Shown here piece after piece: positions 51,790-64,000 of a stretch of DNA of 64,000 nt. How positions within the stretch are numbered: the first letter of the stretch is position 1; each line of letters begins with the position of its first letter. Below the pieces are notes generated by a model. It was not told the DNA's origin. It did not search any database and was given only the letters and a program-made list of their open reading frames with translations. Position numbers and translations under genes: made by a program. Source of the stretch: Eledone cirrhosa (taxonomy: Eukaryota); assembly GCA_964016885.1 (NCBI GenBank), contig OZ024744.1:40176001-40240000 (forward strand), read 5' to 3'.

Positions 51790-53190
51790 ACCTAAAAAAT
51801 GAATTTGAAAACAATGTCAAACTAGCTAACTTCCTGGATATATCCCTTAATCTTGACACCGGCCTATATTACCCTTACCATAAAGACAATGAGAATCTAA
51901 ATTATGTTAATTTTAAATCTAACCACCCTATTAACGTTAAAAATGCTATAGTCAGTAAAGTTGAAAAAAAAATCTCAAATCTATCTTCTAATAAACTTAT
52001 CTTTGACGCTAAAGCCAATTATTACAACAATGCGCTTTCCAGAGCCGGTTATCCTGATAAAATTAAATACAGTAACGAAACCAATCATGGTGGAACTTAT
52101 AGTAATATAGTTAGTTATAAGCATTCCAATAGCATAATGAAAAGACTTAGATATAAAAATATGATTTGGTTCAACGCTCCTTTTTCTCTATCTATTATTA
52201 GTAATATTCCTAAACTATTTTTTAGGCCCTTAGATAAATGCTTCACATATTTATAGTAAGATCTTTAATAAGCATACAATTAAATTCTCTTATTCCACCA
52301 CTTCCAACATCTCTAACATTATCTCAAAACATAATACTAAAATATTAAGTAATAAATCATATCCATCCAACACTGAGCGTCATAATAATAACAATAGTAA
52401 GCCCGACGTCAATGTTAACTCTAGGCTAGATTCCGTAAATTTAAATACGACGTCAAACGTAACTTTGTCGCATGTTCATAATACCAATCTAAATCAAGAA
52501 ACTTTAGCACCTATCGTAAGTAGCTTCTCCAAATCAATTCCTCTATAAATAATACTGGGTCACTTGCTAATAACTCTGGTAATTTCTCTAATCGTAATTG
52601 CAATTGCCCTATTAGAACTAAATGTCCTCTTAATAACCAATGTCTTGATAAAAATTTAGTGTATGAATGTAAGGTTATAACTGGTACTAATTCTTTTACC
52701 TATTTTGGTTCCACTTCCACTTCCTTTAAAGCAAGATTTTATAATCACAATTCTTCTTTTAAATACCAACTTAAAAGAACTAACACAGCACTTTCAGAAC
52801 TCATATGGTCCTTAAAAGACAAAAATATTAACTACATTTCTTGGAGAAAGGTTTGCAACGCCTCTCCTTACCTTAATTCTTCCCTATCCAAAACATGTAA
52901 TCTCTGCCTAGCGGAGAAATTTACCATTATCTCTAATTTTAATTCTATAATAAATAGACGTACGGATTTATTTTCGCTCTGCTTGCATAAATCCCATAGA
53001 ACTTTCCATAAAGTATACAGCTAATATCTTACTACCTAATTAGTTTTAAATCTTTTTTCTCTAACGCTTTTATATTTTTTACAAATATACCCATCTTTCT
53101 ACCTTATTTCAGTATGTTATACAATATTACTCATACTATGTCGTTAAAGGTCCCCTAATTTTCTTCTTGTTTTAATTTCTAATCTTTAAG
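51790..53190 (+). mobile_element. Penelope-like element, Hydra-clade-like (RT C-terminus + GIY-YIG), frameshifted
   Basis: NFLDISLNL...YVNFKSNHP...IWFNAPFS...KFSYS; CNCPIRTKCPLNNQC (CxCx5Cx5C); LVYEC...YFGST...FKARFYNH...LSELIW...CNLCLAEK...CLH. Confidence 0.9.
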
Positions 53191-53279
53191 GAAAACTTGT
53201 TCAACCCATGCTAGTGTGGAAAATGGACGTAAAATGGTGATGATGATATATGATGATGATATATATATATATATCGTGT

Positions 53280-54070
53280 TCAACTGCAGGATATTTCAAG
53301 CAGTGACAACTTTAAAACCATTAATAATGAGTTATATCAATAGAACGCTGAGCACAAAGGTTGCACTTATTGACTTCTGGAAGGCTTTTGGTGTAGTTGG
53401 TCATCCAAAGCATCTCTTAGCACTTGAAGAATGTATATGGATTATTTCTAACCAGAAGGCATATATGAGGAGGTTTGAGAGTCTGCCAATTATTGTATCT
53501 AAAGGGTTTAGGCAAGGATGTGTATTCTCACTGACATTATACAATACTTATGCTGATATAGCCTTTGACACATTAGAAAGTGATCACAGTGTCCAAGTAA
53601 GAAATATGAATTATGAATGCAGACAATACTGCATTGGCTGTCGGTAGTGAAATGAGGAGATAATACAGATTACCTGTGAATTTAACATAACAACATGGTG
53701 GTATTATGGTGCAGCTGATGACTGAAGGAGAGGCAATCGAATGAGTGCAGAAATATAAATATCTAGACATGATGACGGTCGTAATTTTAAGGAAATTTGG
53801 TGCTGATTGAGAATAGCGAAGCAAGCATTCATGCAGAATGCTCACCATATGTGAAATAATCTAAAATATTTTATGAAGATTAGGATACTCAGAGCTTATG
53901 TGTGGTCAGTATTCTGATATGATTGTGGAGTATGGCCCATGATTAAGGATATTATGAGAAAGATAGAAGCTTATGAAATGTTGGATAATGAAAATTCCTT
54001 GGACTGAGAAAGTAACTCTGAAGTACTGGAAAGATGTGACTGGATGGTCCAATACCACAAGACATTAGTA
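53280..54070 (+). mobile_element. old RTE/BovB-like RT remnant
   Basis: IDFWKAF and KGFRQGCVFSLTLYNTY in ORF 53216-53647; decayed YKYL and YVWSVF segments downstream. Confidence 0.65.
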
Positions 54071-54974
54071 GATGACAATTGCAATATTTTGAACATATAT
54101 ATTACGTAATTCTGTTGGAATGGATTTGAATTGACTTGTCACTATTGCAACAACTGATTGGATTGGTTGCGTGAGAATGGTCAACAACAAATTTATTGAG
54201 CTGGAAGATATGGTTAAGGATAGAGAAGAATGATAAGGCATAATGCTGATGATACTGATAATACTGATTATAGTTCCCACAATGTAGTTGATAACTATAG
54301 ATAATAGTTGAATAATTGAGAGATGCATGTTTCAATTTCCAGCAGATGTTTCTGTCAACTTTTTTCCATCTCCAGAGATATTTTACTCAATTTATTCAGC
54401 TATTATCTATAGTTATAAACTATTATTATAGTTATTTGCATTGTGGCAATTATAGTTTCAAATTTAGTAATGCTTCATAAGTTAACTGGATGTTTACATA
54501 TATATATCAAATAGAACTGGTAGAGCTGTTGAGTTACCTACATAAATTAATTGTTTATAGCAGTGAAGGCTTGTGTTGGACCAGCTACACTTTCAGAAAT
54601 ATTGATAACAAACGAGATTAGTGCAAAAGCTTGCCACAAACCCAGTGAACAAGATACTTCAGGTATTGGATGGCCAACGACTCTCAAGAGTTCCTCTGCC
54701 CTTTGATGGATTTTAGTTTTTATCTAGCAGAGTGTGCAAGAATCACCCTCCTCACCAAACAAGCTTGGTGAGGTTGCTGGTTTAGTTGCCAATGCCCCAA
54801 CCATGTAACAGGTAGTACTGGGCTGCATATAACCAGTATCACTCATTAGTGACCTAACATATCTTAAATCTGTAAACATACCTGTTACTGCTTTTGAAGC
54901 CTTAGTTCCTGACTGTGAAAAATGGTGAGCTGTCTGCCATGAAGGTATAAAGCTTGATGTGTAAATCAGCAGCT

Positions 54975-55047
54975 GGACTAAAGTACCATTTAAGGTATAA
55001 CCATAATAAATGACTAAAGTACCATTTAAGGTATAACCATAATAAAT
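54975..55047. repeat. 36-bp perfect tandem duplication
   Basis: gactaaagtaccatttaaggtataaccataataaat occurs twice. Confidence 0.9.
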
Positions 55048-56062
55048 TGAACTGAGAAGACAGTTGAACCCTCATACATCGATATGCAATGGGAGAGTTC
55101 ATCATATATATACACAGAGGCCGTCTGTCACAGTGATTGCACTCACCAACAGACTGACTGCCTCTGTATCAATGCTATTCTTTCTTTATATTTTGCCATA
55201 ATCCAGTAATTGATTACTTAATCTTTTAAATCTTTTATATGAATTACTTGCATCATGATCTGATAACATAAACCTGCCTGCCATAGAAATATGTATTGTC
55301 AATTTTGCAACATTAAGGGAATATTTGAAATCTGGCCTTTTTTTCCATTCAAGTATATATATATATATATGTGTGTGTGTGCACAGACACACACACATAT
55401 AGGTTTCTATGTTTGATGTGTGACTTTTGAAGGATTGTATATGTGTATGTGTTTGTAGGTGTGTTTACCTATATGTTTTTACATGCTTGAATGTGTGTGT
55501 GTGTGTGTGTGTGTATGCTTCTTGCTCTTACTGATATATGGAAATGGAACTTGTTTCTATAATACTCACATTATTTTTCAAACAACATTTCTGGATAAAA
55601 TTTATGTGCTTTGAAAAATCAGAATGAAATAAACAAACAAACAAATAGATAAATATATAAATAGCTAAAATAAATGAATAAATTAAAAAGAAAAAAAAAA
55701 TTTAATGGCATAGTCTTGTAAAAATAAAGGTAGGATACATTTCTCAAAAAAGAGAAAACGAAAAGGAAAATTTAAAACAAAAATCACAGCAATGGACATT
55801 TTGATTAGAAATATGTAACATTTAATATTTCATCAGAAAAAATAATAATTCTATTTTTTATTTATTTATTTATTTATTTACTTAAATATATACTTATTTA
55901 TTTTTGTTTCTTTAACGCATGGTATTTTATGAAAAAATAAATTTTATTATGTAGATTTAAAATATATATATATTTTTTGTTTTTGTAACATGAGTTTCAA
56001 CATCTTGTATGATTTATATATTCATACATACTACATCATGTATACCTATATATATATATATA

Positions 56063-56732
56063 CTAGCAGTGGTACCTGGCATTGCACGGGATAAGGTATT
56101 TTGGAACGCGAGCCGCCAACAGACCTAATCGTGGAAAAACTGCATGCCTGGACAATATGTCAAGAAAATAAACCGAATACTCTGATGGCTGGATAATCTT
56201 TAAGATCTTCGTCGATGAAGTAGGAAAAATGCAGGTTTTCACCTAATGTGGGCCCTAGGGGATCAAGAAAATGAATTATTTTTATATGCATAATATGCCT
56301 TGAAATTTCGGGAAAATCGGCTAGACGTAACGCCTCAAAAAAAGCCCTAAAAAGCTGATAAAATGAAGTTTTTCACCTAATGCGGGCCCTAGGCCATAAA
56401 AAAGTTGGATCTTCTTTGATCACTGTATGAAGAAGAGACTGACTAATACATAGTTACAATTTCAAGGAAATCGGTCTGACGTAACGCCTCAAAAAACCCC
56501 TAAAAAGCTGAAAAAACGCAGTTTTCACCTAATGCGAGCCCTAGGAGATCAAAAAGTTGAATTTTTTTAATGTTCATAACACTCCCTATATATAAGTAAT
56601 ACACATGTAAAGTTTGAAAAAAAGCGGTTGGGTACTTCTCGGATTTCAACACACATACACACACACACATATACACACATAATACATACATACATACATC
56701 CTTCCTCAGTTTTATATATATACATATATAGA
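56063..56732 (-). mobile_element. non-autonomous Helitron with internal ~145-bp subrepeats
   Basis: Minus strand A|TCtatatat... 5' end; 3' end cccgtgcaatgccaggtaccactgCTAG|T inserted at (TA)n; gttttcacctaatg.gggccctagg recurs three times. Confidence 0.8.
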
Positions 56733-57207
56733 TTAAAATAACAGATTAAAGTTTAAGCAAAGAATCCTTGCTTTCACCCTTAATAGGACCTTCTGAAACT
56801 AAAAACATCAAACTGTGAACGCAGAAGTAAATATTTCGAAAAATGTTGCAACCGAAGGAAAACAGGAAGACGATACTTTGGTTCGTGAAGACATTGCCTG
56901 GCAATGAACGGATAATAGCGAACATAATACGTCATCAATGTTCGTCAGAATGGCGTAATGCAGACAGCCAAGCATACAGACAGATATTATAAGAGCGCTA
57001 CGGAGATGGATAACCGGCGCCTAACACCCCTTTAACAACAGAAAATTGAAAAATAAAAGCTGCAGTTAATATCTTTAGACCGCAAGGAATATATAAATGC
57101 AGGTTTGAAGTCAATCGGAGTAGAAATGTGGATTTGTATAGACTTTGCAAAAATGAGGACACACACAAACACACAAACACAGACAACTACAGTTTTATAT
57201 ATATAGA
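56733..57207 (-). mobile_element. second Helitron 5' segment abutting the previous element
   Basis: Minus strand A|TCtatatatataaaactgtagttgtctgtgtttgtg..., the same 5' signature as at 56732; no separate CTAG end seen. Confidence 0.6.
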
Positions 57208-57272
57208 TATATGTGTGTGTGTATTATATATATATATATTGTTATTTTATGTTTTATTATGTTTTATTGAAG

Positions 57273-57454
57273 GAATTAACATTACGTCAGTTCATTCTCA
57301 CAAATCTGGTTGAGAAAGAAAGCAAGATACAATGGCGCCTAAACCTCGATGCCATTATTACAGACTTCAATGAGATCATGGCTTTTCCAAAGTATAACAC
57401 CAGTTATCAAGGACCAACTCTCTTTCTAGGTGGACAGAATTCTAATTACATTGG
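57273..57454 (+). CDS. ABHD11: ABHD11-like, penultimate coding exon (182 nt, phase 0/2)
   Basis: ttttattgaag|GAA...ATTGG|gtatgt. Translates ELTLRQFILTNLVEKESKIQWRLNLDAIITDFNEIMAFPKYNTSYQGPTLFLGGQNSNYI-G with the family motifs RQFxLTNL, WRxNLD and GPTLFxxG. In frame with the previous exon. Confidence 0.95.
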
Positions 57455-59832
57455 GTATGTTATTGATATTTGAACATGGTTATTTGAATATTGATTTGTG
57501 GCTAACAAGTTTGTATCAACATTTATTATAGAAATTATTATTGTTGTTATTATTGTTGTTGTTATTATCATCATCATCATTAATACTTTTTTTGTATTGG
57601 TAAAGAATGGTAGATTGCCAGAATTGAAAAACAATGCTTTATGGTATGTGTTCATCATCATCACTGTTTTACATCAATTTTTCCATGCTAGCATGGGTTA
57701 GACGGGTTGTTCTGTTGTGGGCAATGCTAGGTCAGGTGACCATGTCTTGCGCATACAGAACTGATTTTGGCTTGGTTTCTACAGCAGGATGTCCTTCGTA
57801 ACACCAACCTCATTTACAGCATGGACTGGGTGCTTTTTGTCATGTCACCTACACAACCACTTCACAGTGTGGGCTGAGGGCTTCACTGGATGTGTTCTGG
57901 TTCTATATTATGAATTCAAATCCCACTGAGTTCAACTTTTCCATTCAACATTTCAGGGGCTGGCCGATAAAATAAAGTACCACTCCAATTTGGTGGATTG
58001 TTAGAATTTTATGAAAACACAATTTTAAACAATGATAACAAAATCAGTTTATAACTACAGTGAAATATAGAAGTTGTGTAGTAGTGTGACAGGTGGGATT
58101 CCTAACTGTTATCTAACTATTCCCCCAAAATTATAGATATACAGGCATTCTTCTAGGTGGTACATTAAATCCGCCACCCAATTTAACACCGCCAACTGAC
58201 CCCTGTGTGCCTTTAGTGGAGTCCATTTTGTTACAAGCATTCAGAGCTGGTCTCTAGTTTGAGTATACCTTCCTTTTTTCCTTCCTACCATACTTGGAAG
58301 TCCTGAAAAAAGTCACAGGCACTGCCATTTCCTCTCTGACTAAACTGAAAAAAAGTGGAAACCAGTAGACTATCTTTCAGATTGCTATGTCTATGTAGTA
58401 TATAAAAGCAACTTATCTGAGAATATGTAATTCCTAAAAAGGAGTACCACAAGGATTCAACCTATCAACTATTCTTGTTTTAAACTTGGCCATATATGAC
58501 CTTCTCACACCTAAAAACAAACTCACAGCCTCATATGTTGATTAAATTATTGTTACAGCTCTTGCCTCACCTACAATTTTTTAGACACAGCTTATACAGC
58601 CACTCCAGGAAATGAAAAGAAAGGAGCTGATGGTCATATCGAACCAAAGAAATAATGTTTCAATTGGTCTTTTTACTGTTGATACTATCTGCTGATCACA
58701 AATTTTGGGAGAATGATGTGGGATTTGAACTAAAATCAGACACGGCCAAATACTGTAAAAAATCCCCCCCCCCTACCTCACCCCGTCTCTGGATAGGTAC
58801 TATATTTATCAACCCTGAAAGGAAGGAAGGCAAAGTTAACTTTAAAGGGATTTGAACTTATAGCACACTAAGCCAGAACCAGTACCAATGGTTTTAGTTT
58901 GACTCGTTAATGACTTTTCCAATTCACTACTTAGCATCAATAGAAGATCATCCAGTCATAAAACCCTTTCAAAAGATGCCATGTGATCCATCTAACTAAT
59001 AGCAGCATGGAAACAATGGATGTAAACTGATGAACTATTCTATACACAGAGACAACGAAAGTATTAGGAGTGATATAGAACATCTCTAGGGCATTCACAA
59101 CACATATAGAAGGCCGTACAGGAAGCACATTTTTACAGTGTCAACCTACACTATCATAATCATCATTTAACATCTGCTTCCCACACTGGTATCAGTTAAG
59201 CCAGAATGACCTGTTTTGCTCATACCTTCCATATTTGGCATAGTTTATATAGCTGGATATGCTTCCTAATACCAATCACCTTGTATGGTATACTGGGTAA
59301 ATTTGTTTTGCGGTTCCATCACTACTACTTTACAGAGTCTACAGGGGTTTTTTTTTCAAGGCACCAACACTAAAACTTTACTGAATATACTGGGTGCAGC
59401 CTTTTATTGTGGTACCAGTGCTAAAAATCATATTATTATTTTACTGGTTACTATCATCATTAGAAAGTGTTAAAGAAATCATATAGATCTTGATAGAAAA
59501 TTTACTGCACAAATGAACTCATGACAAAAGATTGCCCTGAACCATTAACTTTACTCTAAATTTATCTTAATGTTGAAGGTTTGTAAAACACTTCTAAAAA
59601 TGGAATGTTTATTTAAAACACACACGTGCACACACAGACACACACACACACACACACATATATGGTGATATTGAACAGGGATTTTGAGACTAGAAACAGG
59701 TAGTGACGTAACCACTACATGCTAGTCAATATATTGATCTAACATGATCAATCAACACTCTGAAATAATCATAAAACAATGAACTAATTATCTTCAACTT
59801 TTGTTTTATTTTCTTTGTTCAATACACATGCT

Positions 59833-59864
<32 letters not shown>

Positions 59865-59957
59865 AGAAATGTCATCATGAACGGACCTGTTATTTTTATC
59901 TAAAGACATTTTTTTCAATTCCAGCCCACCCGTCCCTTCAATCTATCTTATCTCTCA

Positions 59958-61396
59958 TTAGGAGTAGATGAAAGGCTTGTGAAAGCTGTACAAGCCATGT
60001 ATAGGGGAGCAGTCAGCAAAGTTAGGGTTAACAATGACTATAGCGAGGAATTTAGCATACAGGTCGGTGTCCAGCAGGGCTCTGTTCTTAGCCCTCTCCT
60101 GTTCATTATAGTATTGCAGGCAATAACAGAGAAGTTTAAGACCGGATGCCCATGGGAACTCCTGTATGCAGATTATATCACACTTATAGCTGAATCTATG
60201 GTAGAACTAGAGAAGAAATTCCAAACTTGGAAGCAGGGACTAGAAAGAAAGGTTCTGAAAGTCAACCTGACAAAGACTAGGTCCTCGTAAGTAGACGAGA
60301 AAACAAAGCCCAGATCCCTTCAGGGAAATGGCCTTGCTCAGTATGTAGGAAAGGTGTATGTAGAAACTCTATCCTCTGCCCCAAAGGCAAACAATGGATA
60401 CACAAGAGATGTAGTGGGATCTTAGGAAGCTTAACTAAGAATGTAGGCTTTACATGTAGCAACTGTGCTGGGACAGCAAGCAGCAAACGGCCACAGGAAA
60501 CAAGTACCACCAAACTCTGGGAGGGCTCTGTAGAAACAGTAGACAGCATTTGTTACCTAGGTGACCGAAATAGCAGCGGAGGTGGGTGTTCGTAAAGTAC
60601 TGTAACCAGGGTAAGAATGGGCTGGAAGAAGTTCAGGGAGCTACTGCCAATGCTAGCTGTAAAAGGCTTTTCTATCAAAATGAAAGGCAGACTGTATGAT
60701 GGGTGTATACGAACAGCAATGATACATGGTAGTGAGACCTGGGTGTTGTGTGTAGAAGACTTGCGTAGATTAGAAAGAAACGAAGCCTGCATGCTCCGAT
60801 GGATGTCTAATAGTAATATACGCGAAAGGCAAAGTATAAACAAATTGAGAGAGAGACTGAGCATAAGAGGAATCAAATGCTGTGTGCAGGAGAGGAGGTT
60901 GCGTTGGTATGGACATGTGATGCATATGAAGGATGACAGCTGCATAAAAAGGTGCAGAGCACTAGAAGTCGACTAGACGACCTGGGATGAGGTGATAAAA
61001 GCCGACTCAAAGGCGATGACACAGGACTGTGACCTCTGGCATCATGCAGTAATACAGAAGACCCGACTTCCCACTGGTACAAGCTGAAGCTGAGGCATAT
61101 AGACTATATGCTCCCACCCCCTCCCACTGCAAAGTGGTCATGGAAGTACCACGGCAAAAAAGCACCCAGCCCACACTGTAAAGTGGTCGTGTAGGCGCCA
61201 TGGTAAATAGCACCCAGCACTCACTGTGAATGAGGTTGGTGTTAGGAAGGGCATCCAGCTGTAGAAATCAGTCCAAAATCAGTTCCTGTATGAGCAAGAG
61301 AAGGTCAGCCAACTGGGCACTGCCCCCAACAGGACAACCCATCTAACCCATGGTAGCATGGAAGAATGGATATAAAACAGTGATGATGATGATGAT
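59958..61396 (+). mobile_element. degenerate 5'-truncated RTE LINE
   Basis: ORFs 59979-60290 and 60617-60976; same subfamily and tail as 2012-3494. Confidence 0.94.
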
Positions 61397-61834
61397 TATT
61401 GCTGTTTTACACATTTCAATTGAAAGTGTATAATAGCAATAGTATAATTAATAACATCATGTCAGATTCCCACATACTGCCTTATTATTCATTATGATAC
61501 AAAACTCTGTAGTATGAGGGTTGGCTTAAAAGTTTATAGGCTGACCAAGATACTCTCATGGAATGAACAAATGTGTTGTTAATCCTCAAAGGAACTGGAA
61601 ACATATGATTCCAGTTCCTTTGAGGACTAACAACACACCCAGGAGCTGGACATATCAATGAATTAACACAGTAGAACCCATTACAACAACATGTTTTCCT
61701 GTTTTTTCTGCCTAAATTCTTAATGTCTGATGAGGTCACAGCCAATAATGGCTGTCACTGAAATATATATAACAGCGAATTGGAATAAGCGAAGCCAACT
61801 TTAACTTGTTTGACTTACACTTATTATTTTATAT

Positions 61835-62010
61835 GGTGGATTGGCAGTATCGGTGGAGGGTCGGAACCATGCTTTCCAGCATAGTTACGTCCCTTTACGA
61901 TCTGAGTTCAAATCCCGCCTTGACTTTGCCTTTCATCCTTACAGGGTCGATAAAATAAAGTACCAGTAATGCACTGGGTAATTGCTGGCCTTGTGCCTAA
62001 AGTAGAAACA
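61835..62010 (+). mobile_element. Deu/Nin-core SINE with 12-bp TSD
   Basis: attattttatat at 61823-61834 and 62011-62022. Confidence 0.85.
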
Positions 62011-62299
62011 ATTATTTTATATATATATATTTAATTAGCAGCAGTCTTACCCCTACCATATAACTGCTAACAAGTCGACTGCTAATGAGTCAACAAAAAG
62101 GCTATGTCGTTATTTACCCTGCTTGAAATCACTCCTAATTGCATTTAACCCTTTTGATAGTAAACCACCTAAACTGCCTCTAGTTCTATAATACCTTAAG
62201 ATATAATTATTTTAAAGTATTTATAATTATCTAAAAGAATTCCCTCATAAATTTATCAAATTAATTAAATAACTTGTACTATTTTATCTGCTTTTGTAG

Positions 62300-62444
62300 G
62301 GAAGCTGAAGTGCCCGAGATACAAAGGTTATTTCCAAACTCCAAGATACAACATGTTCCAAATGCCGGACATTGGTTACATTCTGAAAAACCCAAAGAAT
62401 TTTTAGTTGCAGTAAATTCCTTTTTAGAAACTATTCATGAATAG
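62300..62444 (+). CDS. ABHD11: ABHD11-like, last coding exon with catalytic His motif and stop codon
   Basis: cttttgtag|G completes the split Gly codon. Translates EAEVPEIQRLFPNSKIQHVPNAGHWLHSEKPKEFLVAVNSFLETIHE* (AGHWxH motif); TAG at 62442-62444. Confidence 0.95.
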
Positions 62445-62563
62445 ATAAATTACCAGAAAAATATTTTAAAATAAGCCAATATGGTGGTAATATGTCTTAT
62501 AATGTAATTGAAAAAAATAAGAATTTCTAATAATCATGATTGCCAAGAATATTAGGGATGACC

Positions 62564-62585
62564 AATAAATAGTTGGAATAATAAA
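62564..62585 (+). promoter_or_regulatory. candidate polyadenylation signals of the ABHD11-like gene
   Basis: AATAAA at 62564-62569 and 62580-62585, 120-140 nt after the stop. The context is AT-rich, so chance occurrence is possible. Confidence 0.45.
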
Positions 62586-63475
62586 TTTAGATAAAAACAT
62601 TCCTAAAAAAATTTCTTAAAAAAACCTTTATATATTGGAAATGAAAAGAAATGTTTCCTTCATTTTCTATATGTATTTTTTTTATATGTGTTTTAATTTT
62701 GTAAAGTGGCGAATTGGCTGAGTCATTAGAACATTGAGTTAAATGCCTTCATATTTGTTCCCACTTTCTTTGTTCAAATTCCACTAAGGCCAACTTTGCC
62801 TTTCATCTTTTTGAAGTTGATAAATAAAGTACCAGTCCAGTGGTGGTGGATTGGTAGATTTATTAAAGGTTCAGACAGGATGTTTTGCCATGTGTGTGTT
62901 TGGCTCTGTGTATTCTGAATTCAAATAATGTCTCCTATCATTGGAAAAATGGTGATGCTTCTGTCAAGAGTTGTGATCGACAGATAGTATCAGCAATGGA
63001 AAGACCACTGGAAATATAATTTCCTTGGTCTGATCTGACAATTGGCTCCTTTCCTTGTTGTTTTAATTTTAAAGATAGACGCTCAATAAAAGAAATATTC
63101 TAATATTTTGGGATCTTAATGTCAATTTCATTAATATAAATGTTGTTGTTGTTGCTGTTTAACCCAAGATAAGTTTTTATTGAGCAGGCCTATACAACTA
63201 AAGAAAGGTATTACAGCTGTGCCCATCCCATCATTTGAATGACATTAAAGTGTAATTTGAAGGACATTGCACTGCTATTTTTAGCAAGTTGAATGACTAC
63301 ATAGAATTAGTGGTTCTCAATCTTCTAAAATTTGTGGTTTACTAGAAATAACATAAAAAATTATTGGTTTATTTCACATGAAATGTTTAAAAAAATAAAT
63401 GTCTTAAAATTAAAAATCAAGAAAAAATATATAGAAGAATATTGCTAGCTTTATCTTATTAATTATCATCATTAT

Positions 63476-63900
63476 TGGTGGTGAATTGGCAGTATCGGTA
63501 GAGCATCCAACAACATGCATTACAGCCTAGATTTACAGTCCTTTACATTCTGAGTTCAAATCCTGCAGGAGTGATAAAATAAAGTACTGGTAAAGCACTG
63601 GGCGTCGATTTAATTGACTTGCCCCTAACCCAATGTTGTTGACTCTGTGCCTAAATCAGAAACCATTATGGCCGGCAGTGGATTGGCAGTATTGGTAGAG
63701 CATCGGACACCCTGCTTGTGGCACAGAGTTACAGCCCTTTACGTTCTGAGTTCAAATCCCACTGAGGTTAGCTTTGCCTTTCATCCTTACGTGGTCGATA
63801 AAATAAAGTACCATTCACTCACTGGAGTCAATTTAATCAACTTTCCTTCCCCCACCCCCACCCCAAATTGCTGGCCTTGTGCCTAAATCAGAAACCATTA
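63476..63900 (+). mobile_element. tandem pair of Deu/Nin-core SINEs; further remnants at 62707-62930
   Basis: ggattggcagtat...gagttcaaatcc...gataaaataaagtac...gtgcctaaatcagaaaccatta, twice. Confidence 0.85.
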
Positions 63901-64000
63901 CTATTATCAATCATATGATGGGTCCTCAACTAGTTTCAATGATGAGCTTGATCAATTGGGTGTCTGACTCATTAAATTAACATGAAAGTGGCTGAGGATT

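Noticed and set aside
61512-61745. Mariner-like end tatgagggttggcttaaaagtttataggctgac
   Set aside because: No matching second TIR or TSD could be located, so it was not annotated.

Overview
AT-rich, microsatellite-dense animal DNA. The SINE/LINE repertoire suggests an octopod cephalopod (inference). The window holds the last three coding exons of an ABHD11-like alpha/beta-hydrolase gene on the + strand (11469-11639, 57273-57454, 62300-62444), including a 45.6-kb intron. Most of the remainder is transposon-derived: many 5'-truncated RTE LINEs carrying a C4HC3 PHD finger and (GAT)n tails, an R4/Dong-type RLE retroelement interrupted by an RTE copy, a Tx1/L1 3' fragment, three Penelope-like element (PLE) ORF remnants, tRNA-derived SINEs, Helitrons, a hAT/Charlie element with a nested mariner and a minisatellite, and a piggyBac-type MITE. 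The most notable unannotated structure is a set of about nine sequence-unrelated short elements, mostly ending in (TA)n tracts and often folded back as long inverted repeats. Each carries a minimal type-I hammerhead ribozyme motif (stem I-CUGANGA-stem II-GAAA-short, usually palindromic stem III-UH). Two carry a compensatory U3-A8 core, and in one the inverted copy starts at the predicted cleavage site. All calls were made by eye, without searches; TE boundaries are approximate unless a TSD is quoted.
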